IMG/VR virus record: IMGVR_UViG_3300044513_001810
Location: 1 to 59,185 of that record
Direction: 5' to 3' (one strand)
DNA: 59,185 nucleotides
Source of the DNA: a virus
Taxonomy: Duplodnaviria > Caudoviricetes
Shown here: one piece after another, positions 7,448 through 16,220 of the stretch
Layout of the letters: each line of letters begins with the position of its first letter
Numbering within the stretch: the first letter of the stretch is position 1
Translations under genes and position numbers: made by a program
Notes under the pieces: generated by a model
Told to the model about the DNA's origin: nothing
Databases searched by the model: none
The model's input: only the letters and a program-made list of their open reading frames with translations

Positions 7448-7573
7448 ATGACTGATTTAGCAATCTCAACCCACGAAGCAGTACTATGTATGACTATCGG
7501 CCCAGCCGCAGTATGTGTATTCTCTTTCGTTACTTCTCTTATCCACTCAAAGATTCAAGAGCGTAACTCTTAA
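7448..7573 (+). CDS. Small hydrophobic protein (41 aa, MTDLAIST...) between HH2 and HH3
   Basis: ATG after an A-rich leader; one hydrophobic segment; stop lies just before HH3. Confidence 0.6.
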   Translation: MTDLAISTHEAVLCMTIGPAAVCVFSFVTSLIHSKIQERNS

Positions 7574-7577
7574 TGCT

Positions 7578-7635
7578 AACACTCTGATGATGGCCAAGCA
7601 TGGCCGAAACCCGGTTTACGGACCGGGTCAGTGTT
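7578..7635 (+). ncRNA. Hammerhead ribozyme, type I (HH3)
   Basis: Stem I AACACT/AGTGTT, CTGATGA(T), stem II GGCCA/TGGCC, GAAA, stem III CCCGGTT-TACG-GACCGGG; GUC cleavage after 7629. Confidence 0.95.
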
Positions 7636-7655
7636 TAACTAAAGTCTTAATTACC

Positions 7656-7835
7656 ATGACTGATTTACAAAAGGCTCAAGCCTTCTTTAGAATGAATGGT
7701 GTAGGTGCGGCTATTGACGAAGTCTACCTATACATAGAAGCCCATGGCTTTGAAGTGCAAGTATCTCAAGCAGAGATAGAGTTAAGAGCGGAATTGTACG
7801 ATGAGCAATTCAGCAATGTCAATGAAAATAAATAA
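7656..7835 (+). CDS. Small hypothetical protein (59 aa, MTDLQKAQ...)
   Basis: Starts ATGACTGATTTA like the gene at 7448; follows HH3. Confidence 0.7.
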   Translation: MTDLQKAQAFFRMNGVGAAIDEVYLYIEAHGFEVQVSQAEIELRAELYDEQFSNVNENK

Positions 7836-7841
7836 TGCCGT

Positions 7842-8312
7842 ATGAAAAATTTAGAAGAAAGCCGTGTGTACTACTTTGATGTACTGCACACAAGAGATGG
7901 GTACGACATCTACTGGTTGTACTCAAGAACTGATGCCGACTACAAGTGGGTCAACGGAACAAGGTATCCAACCAACAACATAGACCCGGACGAATTGTAT
8001 GTCAACGAATACGCGTTCTTTGAGGCTTGTGAGGACATCGTCAAGCAAGGCAAAAGGTTTATCAACTACGCCGTCAATGAAGAGGATATAAAACTATGGG
8101 AGCAATCGCTTCACAAGTCTTACCCTTTCCAGGAGGGCGATACCTACTACACGATTGAAGATGGTGAGGTAGTGGAGTCTTGCTGGGATTTTGTCAGCGA
8201 AGATATCTACGATTACCAAGTAGAGAATGAGGAGGTGCAGTTGTACTTCCCTTACAAGGAGGATGCAGAGAAGCACCTCAATAGTATTAACCAAAACAAG
8301 AATGCCGTATGA
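7842..8312 (+). CDS. Hypothetical protein
   Basis: Acidic ORF preceded by TGCCGT. Confidence 0.75.
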   Translation: MKNLEESRVYYFDVLHTRDGYDIYWLYSRTDADYKWVNGTRYPTNNIDPDELYVNEYAFFEACEDIVKQGKRFINYAVNEEDIKLWEQSLHKSYPFQEGDTYYTIEDGEVVESCWDFVSEDIYDYQVENEEVQLYFPYKEDAEKHLNSINQNKNAV

Positions 8313-8527
8313 TTAATGTAGAAAACATCATCAAGTACGAAAGTGGTGAGATGAGCCTCAAGGAGATGGTTCTATTCTTCGCCAAGTTGATTAAGAGTGG
8401 CGAAGCATGGTCACTCCAGGGACACTATGGCCGTAACGCCATGGCGATTATTGAAGCCGGTATCGTAGACCGAGAAGGCAATATTGACGAGGACATGTTG
8501 AACTATTACACTGAAGACAATGAGTGA
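8309..8527 (+). CDS. Conserved phage hypothetical protein
   Basis: YESGE...LIKSG.AWSLQGHYGR.A..IIEAG motif common in phage early genes. Confidence 0.8.
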   Translation: MINVENIIKYESGEMSLKEMVLFFAKLIKSGEAWSLQGHYGRNAMAIIEAGIVDREGNIDEDMLNYYTEDNE

Positions 8528-8867
8528 GCCAATTTTTGAAGATGGGTTTCAATTAGACCCGGAGTACATCGCATCTAAATTGCAGTACGAAGCCATCAAG
8601 AAAGCATACAGCCCGGAGTACTGGGGTGACCCTTACTATGCTTTCCTAATATCCCAGCACGAGCCATCGCTCGTGTTCGGGGTAGACGAAGCCGAACCCT
8701 ACGACACCGCGTGGGAGAAAGCCTTATCCCTGGCTAACAAGTGGGGAATGTGGGACCTTGAGAACCAGCAGAAAGGACCGCACTACACCGAAAGGTTATC
8801 CGGTTTGGATAGCCTCATGTTGTGGTTTGATTTGATTGATGAAGAAGGAAATATTAATTATAAATAA
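8520..8867 (+). CDS. Hypothetical protein
   Basis: ORF in the operon. Confidence 0.7.
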   Translation: MSEPIFEDGFQLDPEYIASKLQYEAIKKAYSPEYWGDPYYAFLISQHEPSLVFGVDEAEPYDTAWEKALSLANKWGMWDLENQQKGPHYTERLSGLDSLMLWFDLIDEEGNINYK

Positions 8868-8874
8868 GTGCCGT

Positions 8875-9036
8875 ATGACCAAATCGGATTTCATGTTCTT
8901 GTGTAATGAAGCAAGTGTTACACCGGAGGTAGCCCTGGAAAATAAGTTCGTTCGCCAGGTGCTAAAGGAAGACAAAGAAACGAACAGCGTTATTAATCAA
9001 ATCAAACTGGTGGCCGTATTGACCAGCCAGTTCTGA
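8875..9036 (+). CDS. Small hypothetical protein (MTKSDFMFLC...)
   Basis: ATG preceded by TGCCGT. Confidence 0.7.
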   Translation: MTKSDFMFLCNEASVTPEVALENKFVRQVLKEDKETNSVINQIKLVAVLTSQF

Positions 9037-9055
9037 TTGCAAACCATTATGCCGT

Positions 9056-9649
9056 ATGGATAGCAAATTAGCAAACCAAACAACATGTTCAGTATGCGAG
9101 GAGCATATTGAAGAACACGAGTACTACCAAGACAACCTCAAGACTGGAGAACCAGTTTGCGAGGGGTGTGTAGACCAATCTTACGCCTACCCCATGCTAA
9201 CCTCAACCACCTACCAGGATGGTGAGAAACAGCGTGTGATGTACAACGATACGCTGGGAGCGTTCATCGACTACGAGTACGGAGATATGTACGAAGAATC
9301 ACCGGACTACTCGCCAGTAGAAACCGCGAATTGGGTAAGCACCTCCGCATGGCGTGGGTACATGGGCTTCCAGCAGAAACCAGGATGGATATCATTGGAA
9401 AGCGGCTGGGCTACTGGTCGCTTTGACGATGTATCCTGGAAGCATGACTTCAATGATTTCATTGACAGCCTGGAGGCCGGAGAAGTAACCACGGACTTCC
9501 CGGTCGTGATTGTATCCGCACCGACATCGAATGTATTCAGCACAGCGATTGATGTGCTGGTCCGTAAGCGCGACTCCGAAGCGTTTTGGGAAATGTACCG
9601 CGAGAACTTTGGCCTCTCACCGGAGGACCTAACACGCTCGTTATCATGA
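9056..9649 (+). CDS. Hypothetical protein with N-terminal CxxC...CxxC zinc finger
   Basis: CSVC...CEGC; WVSTSAWRGY. Confidence 0.75.
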   Translation: MDSKLANQTTCSVCEEHIEEHEYYQDNLKTGEPVCEGCVDQSYAYPMLTSTTYQDGEKQRVMYNDTLGAFIDYEYGDMYEESPDYSPVETANWVSTSAWRGYMGFQQKPGWISLESGWATGRFDDVSWKHDFNDFIDSLEAGEVTTDFPVVIVSAPTSNVFSTAIDVLVRKRDSEAFWEMYRENFGLSPEDLTRSLS

Positions 9650-9798
9650 CCCGGTATTGGTGTGTGTACTCGGCATTCAATGCTGACACACTGCGGTGGG
9701 ATGTTATCAAAAAGCCCAATACATTAGTATTGCGTTCGTTTGATTGCAAAGAAGCCGCAAATTTGTATATTGCACAACTGAAATTCAAGAGTGCATGA
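9646..9798 (+). CDS. Small hypothetical protein
   Basis: ATGA-coupled to the upstream gene. Confidence 0.55.
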   Translation: MTRYWCVYSAFNADTLRWDVIKKPNTLVLRSFDCKEAANLYIAQLKFKSA

Positions 9799-9802
9799 CC
9801 AT

Positions 9803-9896
9803 AGGGTGGGTGCTGACAAGGTGTCCGGAGTGGTTTTAAGTATTGACACATACGATAGGTTAATAACACAAGAGGTTCGATTCCTCGCCCACCCTC
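9803..9896 (+). ncRNA. tRNA-like element
   Basis: Terminal stem AGGGTGGG/CCCACCCT, T-arm GAGG-TTCGATT-CCTC, internal GTGTC/GACAC; no canonical cloverleaf. Confidence 0.55.
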
Positions 9897-9940
9897 AAGC
9901 CCACACCGGAGGGCATGTTCCGGTAAACCAACAATGTACC

Positions 9941-10336
9941 ATGATAGATACAACCACCTTGAAGGCCCTCTTGAAACAAGAAACCTTCCTACACAAGTCT
10001 GACCAGGACTTCGCCCAAGCATTCCCCTATTTGTACACTGACCTTGTAGCACCGAACGACTACGAGGTGAGCGAACTGGATAAGTTCCCGGCAGACATCC
10101 AGGTGTTCCAGTCCATCGTTGAACTGATGGTCGCAGAGCATTTGACCTACTCCGGTCCGTACATCGCCAACAGAATCGCTCTGAATGTACGCGACCTTTC
10201 GGCGGATGCCTTCAGTGACCTTGTCCGGTTGACTGAACGCATACAAGAACGCCATATAAAGACCCTCAAGTACGAGGTGCTGAAGCAAAACCTGGAAGGT
10301 AAGGTTAGCCATGAACTTAACGAAGAAACGCCATGA
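9941..10336 (+). CDS. Hypothetical protein
   Basis: Start moved to the ATG at 9941, downstream of the tRNA-like element. Confidence 0.7.
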   Translation: MIDTTTLKALLKQETFLHKSDQDFAQAFPYLYTDLVAPNDYEVSELDKFPADIQVFQSIVELMVAEHLTYSGPYIANRIALNVRDLSADAFSDLVRLTERIQERHIKTLKYEVLKQNLEGKVSHELNEETP

Positions 10337-10662
10337 CAAATAGAGAAGAAGCCATCAAAGATATCTTCAAAGATTTACGCACCAGGATATCCGGCTTACC
10401 CCACTTGCGTAACACCTCGGCTGTGATGGAGGTCAAGGCTCTACAAATCATCTTGGAAGAACTGGAGTCAGCGGTACGCACACACCTTGTCATGGACGAT
10501 GAGGAGATTGTAGAAGGCGTAGTCACCCGGAGTATCAAGTTGTTCAAGAAGGAAGGTCAGTTAAACCCTCAAGCGGTGCGCGAGTTTCTGATATCAGAGC
10601 ATAAGATTGACATAAGTATAGCAGCACTCAAACAAAGAATAAACCACATATATGGAGATTAA
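10333..10662 (+). CDS. Hypothetical protein
   Basis: ATGA-coupled ORF. Confidence 0.7.
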   Translation: MTNREEAIKDIFKDLRTRISGLPHLRNTSAVMEVKALQIILEELESAVRTHLVMDDEEIVEGVVTRSIKLFKKEGQLNPQAVREFLISEHKIDISIAALKQRINHIYGD

Positions 10663-11065
10663 GATTACCGAAACCCGACCAGCGTCACCCTTCAACATTG
10701 ACCTCATGTTCAGTACAATTGAGGCCATCACCAGTACATCAAAGCACGAGATATTATCCTCGTCCAGGAAGCGCAAGTGTGTGGTAGCACGAACCTACTG
10801 CGCCATCCTACTACGAGATATGTTCGGGATGACCTACATGGAAACCGGTCGCATGTTGAACCGCAACCACGCATCTATTATTCACGCCGTCAGCGCACAT
10901 AAGACGGACATGAAGCACGACCCTACCTACTCCTGGAGATTCAAGGAGGTGGTAAACCTCATGGGCTTGAACCATTACACCCCATTACCCTACGAGGATG
11001 TTACGCAGAAGATATCCAAACACCTACGGAGAAAGAGCGTTATAAAGATTCTTGATACTAAATAG
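10652..11065 (+). CDS. DnaA C-terminal-like HTH protein
   Basis: RKRKCVVART...TYMETGRMLNRNHASIIHAV resembles Bac_DnaA_C. Confidence 0.75.
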   Translation: MEIKITETRPASPFNIDLMFSTIEAITSTSKHEILSSSRKRKCVVARTYCAILLRDMFGMTYMETGRMLNRNHASIIHAVSAHKTDMKHDPTYSWRFKEVVNLMGLNHYTPLPYEDVTQKISKHLRRKSVIKILDTK

Positions 11066-11086
11066 TAAATATTAGAAACTTATTGT

Positions 11087-11094
11087 TATATTTG
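11087..11094 (+). promoter_or_regulatory. -7 promoter box
   Basis: TATATTTG, an exact TAnnTTTG, 17 nt before the ATG at 11111. Confidence 0.6.
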
Positions 11095-11110
11095 ACAAAC
11101 TGAATGAACG

Positions 11111-11332
11111 ATGCGGATAGATGCTACAAAGGAACTTATCAAAATAAAGGGGGTAACCCTTTCGTTTGGTGAGGCCAAGGCATTCATCATCCAGCACTAC
11201 GCAGACCTATGTGGCCAACATGTTATTGGCTTCCATGGTAAGTGGGTAATAGACTGGATGTCCGTGTTCAAACATGCAGAAGAAACCAAAATTTTAAATG
11301 TCGTACAATGGCTGAAAACAAACAAGCGTTAG
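11111..11332 (+). CDS. Hypothetical protein
   Basis: ORF downstream of the promoter box. Confidence 0.6.
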   Translation: MRIDATKELIKIKGVTLSFGEAKAFIIQHYADLCGQHVIGFHGKWVIDWMSVFKHAEETKILNVVQWLKTNKR

Positions 11333-11895
11333 CCGAGTTGTACCGGAAGTACAACCTCGGCAAAGATGACATCTTCAAGCACCGACTGGGCTTCGTCATC
11401 ATCACCCGAACCGGGATTGAGAAAATCCAAATGTCCATCGGACTACAAGTTGAATTTGATATCGTTCAGATGAGCGATGACCACAAGTATGTTGTCATCA
11501 AGGCAACTGGATTCGTGGATAAGACCATGATGCAAACCTATGGCGAGGCATCCCCCGACAATAATAAGATGGGATACCCGGTCGCAATGGCCGAGAAGAG
11601 AGCCTTGTCAAGGATAGTTCTTAAAGCCGCTGGGCTGTACGCAGAAGGTGTGTACGGAGAGGATGAGGCGGATGATTTCCGTGACCGCAAAGGGTCTACT
11701 CAAGTCCAGGTCCAGGAGCAGAAACCTACCGCCACCGAAACCTACGACCTCAACAGCGTAATTGATGGGGCGAAAGATAAACTGGCGCAAGGCAAGGCGA
11801 ACCCCATCCAGGTGAAGTCCTGGTACGAGGGAGTCAAAGCCCAAATGGATGACAATCAACGAGCGAGAATGGAGGAAATCCTATCTCAATACTAA
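11308..11895 (+). CDS. Putative ssDNA-annealing recombinase (Rad52/Sak-like)
   Basis: TYGEASP...YPVAMAEKRALSR.VLK...VYGEDEADDF; sits next to a RecE-like gene. Confidence 0.5.
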   Translation: MAENKQALAELYRKYNLGKDDIFKHRLGFVIITRTGIEKIQMSIGLQVEFDIVQMSDDHKYVVIKATGFVDKTMMQTYGEASPDNNKMGYPVAMAEKRALSRIVLKAAGLYAEGVYGEDEADDFRDRKGSTQVQVQEQKPTATETYDLNSVIDGAKDKLAQGKANPIQVKSWYEGVKAQMDDNQRARMEEILSQY

Positions 11896-12004
11896 CCAAC
11901 ATGGGAGGGGGTGGTAACCACCATACCTTTTTACCAACGGGTGTCGGTAAAGGTTAAACACAAAGACATGATAGCCGACACACCACCCCCCTCCCTTTTT
12001 ACTT

Positions 12005-12802
12005 ATGAAGAAAATTACACTACTTGATGGCGTAGAATGGGATGTCGCAGAACTTGAAACCAAGATGCGCGATGACGATTTCTACTATGGATATTGTGGA
12101 ACAGCAACGCTGTCCAGTTCGTCAGCCAAAGACCTGGTTGATAGTCCACGCACCTACCACAACTACCTAAAGTATGGTAGTTCAGAAACACCAGCCATGC
12201 TTAAAGGAAGGATGCTACACCACATGGTGTTAGAGCCGGAGCGTTGCGATGAAATCTACATGGTGGTAGAAGTAAAAACCAGGGCCACGAAAGCCTTTAA
12301 GGAGGCTGTTGAAAGCAACACTGGTAAGTCCGTGGTAACGCGGACCGAATGGAACGATGCCGAGAGATTGGCTGAAGCCCTACTAAAAAACAAACATGTG
12401 GTATCCCATCTGATGGGGGCGAAGTTTGAAGTACCAAAGATTGGTATGCTCAACGGACTTCCCTTCCGTTGCAAAGCGGATATCCTTGTGCCTGGGTACG
12501 GATTGTTTGACATCAAGACAACAACCGACCTCCGGGCATTCCCATACAGCGCAAAGAAGTACATGTACCCAATGCAAATGTACATATACACAACCATCTT
12601 TGGGTTGCCCTGGGAGAACAGCAAGTTCATTGTGATTGACAAAGCCTCATGTGATATCGGTATCTACGATGTGGACGAGTCATTCATTAACCTGGGAGAA
12701 TATCTACTGAACCGGGCATGTCAAACTTATATGGATTTCTTCGGCCCGGAAGCAACGGAAGAGGTCCATGAATACATAATCTACGATACACTATCAGCAT
12801 GA
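12005..12802 (+). CDS. RecE/exonuclease VIII-like PD-(D/E)xK nuclease (DUF3799-like)
   Basis: LSSS..K.L...G...H..VLEP...CKADIL...DIKTT...Y..Q..IY. Confidence 0.8.
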   Translation: MKKITLLDGVEWDVAELETKMRDDDFYYGYCGTATLSSSSAKDLVDSPRTYHNYLKYGSSETPAMLKGRMLHHMVLEPERCDEIYMVVEVKTRATKAFKEAVESNTGKSVVTRTEWNDAERLAEALLKNKHVVSHLMGAKFEVPKIGMLNGLPFRCKADILVPGYGLFDIKTTTDLRAFPYSAKKYMYPMQMYIYTTIFGLPWENSKFIVIDKASCDIGIYDVDESFINLGEYLLNRACQTYMDFFGPEATEEVHEYIIYDTLSA

Positions 12803-12972
12803 TTACTGGAGAAACTTTATTAACTACGGAGGCTGTCATGGATGAGTTTCAAATCAAGTCCAAGTCAACCCTCAATCGTTACCACAAGATGGGATTACGA
12901 TACATCAAAGGAAGACCTAACCGCTATCGCCGTGAGGAGATTGAGCGATTCTTTAAAAGCATGGAGCGATGA
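12799..12972 (+). CDS. Excisionase/MerR-like HTH protein (57 aa)
   Basis: Hand-translated MITGETLLTTEAVMDEFQIKSKSTLNRYHKMGLRYIKGRPNRYRREEIERF; ATGA-coupled on both sides. Confidence 0.75.
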   Translation: MITGETLLTTEAVMDEFQIKSKSTLNRYHKMGLRYIKGRPNRYRREEIERFFKSMER

Positions 12973-13370
12973 TTGAATTGATTGCAGACAGCATACGCAA
13001 TCACTTCATCCTTGACCCCAAGCGAAAGGATAAACTGATGAGCGATGACAACTACGAGGACTCATCACTCATGTCGGTAGTCATTTTTGTAGGGCTGTGC
13101 CGTCAGCATGGAATTAGCGAGGAAGATATTTGTACTTATTTGGGCCTTGAAGAGGTGGAGTACGAATCAAAAATCGCAAGGTTCTATGATGTGATGGAGA
13201 AGATTTCTGACCGGATAGAAGCCGGCACGCTGGACAACAAGAAGGACTATACCTATCGCGCTTATGTGAAGTACAACATGTGCTACAAGTTTATTAGCAA
13301 CCGCTCCACAAGGATTCGTGGAAAGGAACTTCACCAGTGGAGAAACATTTTGACAAGAGAGAATGAGTGA
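12969..13370 (+). CDS. Hypothetical protein
   Basis: ORF in the replication operon. Confidence 0.7.
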   Translation: MIELIADSIRNHFILDPKRKDKLMSDDNYEDSSLMSVVIFVGLCRQHGISEEDICTYLGLEEVEYESKIARFYDVMEKISDRIEAGTLDNKKDYTYRAYVKYNMCYKFISNRSTRIRGKELHQWRNILTRENE

Positions 13371-15084
13371 CTTTGCTGAAATAGGAATACATCTGCCCCA
13401 CGGCTACGACAAGTACGACACACTCAAAGTCAAGTGTCCTTTTTGTGCGGACGAACGCAAGAAAAAGAACGACCGAAGCATGAGCGTGTGGCCGTCAGAG
13501 GGAACATATCACTGTCACCACTGCGGTGTAAAAGGAAAAGTATCAGCAATGAAAAACTACAACCAGCCAACCATCAATGCCAACCGACCCGACACCAAAG
13601 TGGTGGAGTGGTTTAAGACTCAAAGGGGAATCAGTAAAGAAGCCCTGGAATACTACGGCGTGACAGAGTCTAACGAGTACATGCCCCAGCAAAGTAAGGA
13701 GATGAAGGTTATCAACTTCAATTACTTTGACATTGACGGCACATTGGTCAACATAAAGTACCGAAGTGCGGCCAAAGATTTTAAGATGTTCACCGGAGGA
13801 AAGCCCATACTGTATGGACTGAACCGAACCAAGGACATCAAGACCATTATCATTACCGAGGGCGAGATGGATTGCTTGGCCATCTACACGGCTGGTCTGA
13901 TGGGTGCGGTAAGCGTACCGAACGGAGCGAACAAAGGCTCAAACAACCTTCAGTACATTGACCTCTGCTGGGAGTACATCAAGGACAAGAAGATAGTCCT
14001 TGCGCTGGACAACGATGAGCCAGGAATGGGGTTGCGTCAAGAGTTAGTTCGCCGTTTCACCGGCAACCCTAATGTGTTCATCGCTAACTGGCCGGAGGAT
14101 TGCAAGGATGCCAATGATGTACTGATGAAGCATGGCGGAGAAACCCTCGCCAAGATTATCAGAGAGGCCAAGCAGATACCAGCCGAAGGCATCGTGTCTA
14201 TCAACGATGTCATGAAGGAACTTATCCAGTTAAAGAAGGGTGGTATTCCTCGTGGTGATTTGCTGGGCTACGGAAACTTTGACGAGATATTCTCATGGAA
14301 GAAAGACGAGATGACCATCATCACCGGCGCACCGAACGGAGGTAAGTCTGCGTGGCTGGACCAGTGCATGGTTATCCTGGCACAGCAAGGCTGGAAGTTC
14401 GGCATCATATCCATGGAGAAACCGAATGTAGAACTGCATGTCGCTGAACTTATACAGCGTACTATACATAAAAACTTTTGGAACGAGATTACTGAAGAGG
14501 AAATCTACGCGTACCGAGAGTTCTTTGACGAACACTTCAAGTTCCTGGAGGTAGATAAGAATGAGTTAAGTGTTGACCACCTCATCACCAAGGCGCAAGA
14601 GATGGTGGGACGCTATGGTATTGATTGCTTTGTAGTAGACAACTGGTCCTTTGTGGAACTGAAGATGCCCAAGTATGGGGACAGCAGAACCAATCACATC
14701 GGAGATAGCCTCACCAAGTTTAAGATATTCAAGGAGAAGTTTAAGTGTGCTGTTATCATTGTAGCACACACGCGCAAACTATCCAAGGACAGCCAAGGTA
14801 ATTTAGAAGTAGCCGGGATGTATGACATTGCCGAGTCGGCACACTTCGCTAACAAGGCAGACAACATCCTCATCGTACACCGAAACTTTAACACCGGACT
14901 CGTAGACATCTACACCAAAAAGGTGCGTTGGATATACACCGGTAAGCAAGGCGTTGCACACTTCCAGTATGAACTTAACACCGGTACATACATAGAAGCA
15001 CGAGAAGAAGTAAGCGCACAAATGATGGAGCGTATATCTAACAAACCTCAATTCCGTAACTACTATGAAACGGAAAGGGATTAG
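13363..15084 (+). CDS. DNA primase-helicase (T7 gp4/Twinkle-like)
   Basis: Zn finger CPFC...CHHC, TOPRIM EGEMD/DND, Walker A GAPNGGKS, FVVDN, VAHTRK. Confidence 0.93.
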   Translation: MSDFAEIGIHLPHGYDKYDTLKVKCPFCADERKKKNDRSMSVWPSEGTYHCHHCGVKGKVSAMKNYNQPTINANRPDTKVVEWFKTQRGISKEALEYYGVTESNEYMPQQSKEMKVINFNYFDIDGTLVNIKYRSAAKDFKMFTGGKPILYGLNRTKDIKTIIITEGEMDCLAIYTAGLMGAVSVPNGANKGSNNLQYIDLCWEYIKDKKIVLALDNDEPGMGLRQELVRRFTGNPNVFIANWPEDCKDANDVLMKHGGETLAKIIREAKQIPAEGIVSINDVMKELIQLKKGGIPRGDLLGYGNFDEIFSWKKDEMTIITGAPNGGKSAWLDQCMVILAQQGWKFGIISMEKPNVELHVAELIQRTIHKNFWNEITEEEIYAYREFFDEHFKFLEVDKNELSVDHLITKAQEMVGRYGIDCFVVDNWSFVELKMPKYGDSRTNHIGDSLTKFKIFKEKFKCAVIIVAHTRKLSKDSQGNLEVAGMYDIAESAHFANKADNILIVHRNFNTGLVDIYTKKVRWIYTGKQGVAHFQYELNTGTYIEAREEVSAQMMERISNKPQFRNYYETERD

Positions 15085-15349
15085 CAACGCGAAGCAAGTG
15101 GTGTGGGCCAACCGTAGGATACCAAACAAATCGGGAGGCTACAAACTTGAGCAGTATGAAGAGGACTGGGGAGATGGCCTGGTAGAGTTGATGCAACTAA
15201 AAGACATCACACCAAACGAGTGGTATCTGATGCGCCCCAATGGGAGCGGAAGAGATTACCGACCGGTGTACTTATCGGAACACGCCTCTTATGACAGCAT
15301 TGTTTCGTTTGTTAAACACGGAATGTTATATAAAAAGAAAAGCCAATGA
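15065..15349 (+). CDS. Hypothetical protein
   Basis: ORF in the operon. Confidence 0.65.
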   Translation: MKRKGISNAKQVVWANRRIPNKSGGYKLEQYEEDWGDGLVELMQLKDITPNEWYLMRPNGSGRDYRPVYLSEHASYDSIVSFVKHGMLYKKKSQ

Positions 15350-15876
15350 AGACATTTGTAGAGATAGGTAGTTGTGACTTTGACACTTGCAATCCCCTCG
15401 CCCAGGATGGGTGGAGAGGTGTGATTGTAGAGCCGGTAAAGAAGTATCTCGACAACCTGGAACAGCACGGCAATGTTATCTATCTAAACATGGCTATACA
15501 CAACCACGATGGGTGGATGCTTTTGTATCCATACACCGATGAGCAGTGTGCAGAAGATAAAGACTATAGAGGTATGACAACATACCGACTTAATGACGCG
15601 GCGCGTCAGTATGAGTTGGCCGTTCGTTGCATCTCGTACCAAACCTTAATAAGACTGTGCGGTTTCCACCGTATAGACCTTCTGAAGATTGATACTGAAG
15701 GGATGGACTTCCTCATCCTGGAGCAAGCGTTTCACGAAGGCATGCCGAAGCCCATAGAAATTATTGTAGAACACAAGTACTTGAATGATGTCATGATGTG
15801 CGAGTTCTTATCCAGCCAAGGATATACCTGGCGCATGGACGAGTCAAACATTTACGCAAAGATGTACGGAGCATGA
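15346..15876 (+). CDS. FkbM-family methyltransferase
   Basis: FVEIGS.D...WRGVIVEP...IDLLKIDTEG.D. Confidence 0.85.
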   Translation: MKTFVEIGSCDFDTCNPLAQDGWRGVIVEPVKKYLDNLEQHGNVIYLNMAIHNHDGWMLLYPYTDEQCAEDKDYRGMTTYRLNDAARQYELAVRCISYQTLIRLCGFHRIDLLKIDTEGMDFLILEQAFHEGMPKPIEIIVEHKYLNDVMMCEFLSSQGYTWRMDESNIYAKMYGA

Positions 15877-16220
15877 GCGGAAAAGCAAGCAGAAGAAAAG
15901 GACACGCATACGAAAGAGAAATCGTAGCAAGATTTAAAGAACTGGGATGGGACAAAGCGGTCACCTCACGCTATGCATCCAAGATGATGGACGATATGAA
16001 GGTGGACCTGGTGAACACCGAGCCATTCTATGTGCAGTGCAAGTGTACCAAGCGCGCACCAAACATTCGGCAGATATTACAAGACATGCCGGACACAAGT
16101 AATTACAATGTGATTACATGGAAAGTACCAAGGGACAATGACCAGTATGTCATGATGAACCTTGAGGACTTCTTTGAACTGTTGATGATGATGACTAAAG
16201 AAAAAGTAATTAAGCCATGA
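15873..16220 (+). CDS. Holliday junction resolvase (Hjc-like PD-(D/E)xK)
   Basis: SRRKGHAYERE...VDL...VQCK. Confidence 0.75.
   Translation: MSGKASRRKGHAYEREIVARFKELGWDKAVTSRYASKMMDDMKVDLVNTEPFYVQCKCTKRAPNIRQILQDMPDTSNYNVITWKVPRDNDQYVMMNLEDFFELLMMMTKEKVIKP

Noticed and set aside
7355-7655. ORF-track N-terminal extensions (7119, 7355, 7515 starts) with similar ANTLMM...GQCLT peptides
   Set aside because: The similarity comes from reading through the duplicated hammerheads; better starts are 7161, 7448 and 7656.
6651-9896. Calling the two tRNA-like elements functional tRNAs
   Set aside because: No D-arm, no canonical 7-nt anticodon loop and no encoded CCA.
12799-12972. Excisionase-like gene as evidence of lysogeny
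   Set aside because: No integrase, repressor switch or att site was recognised.
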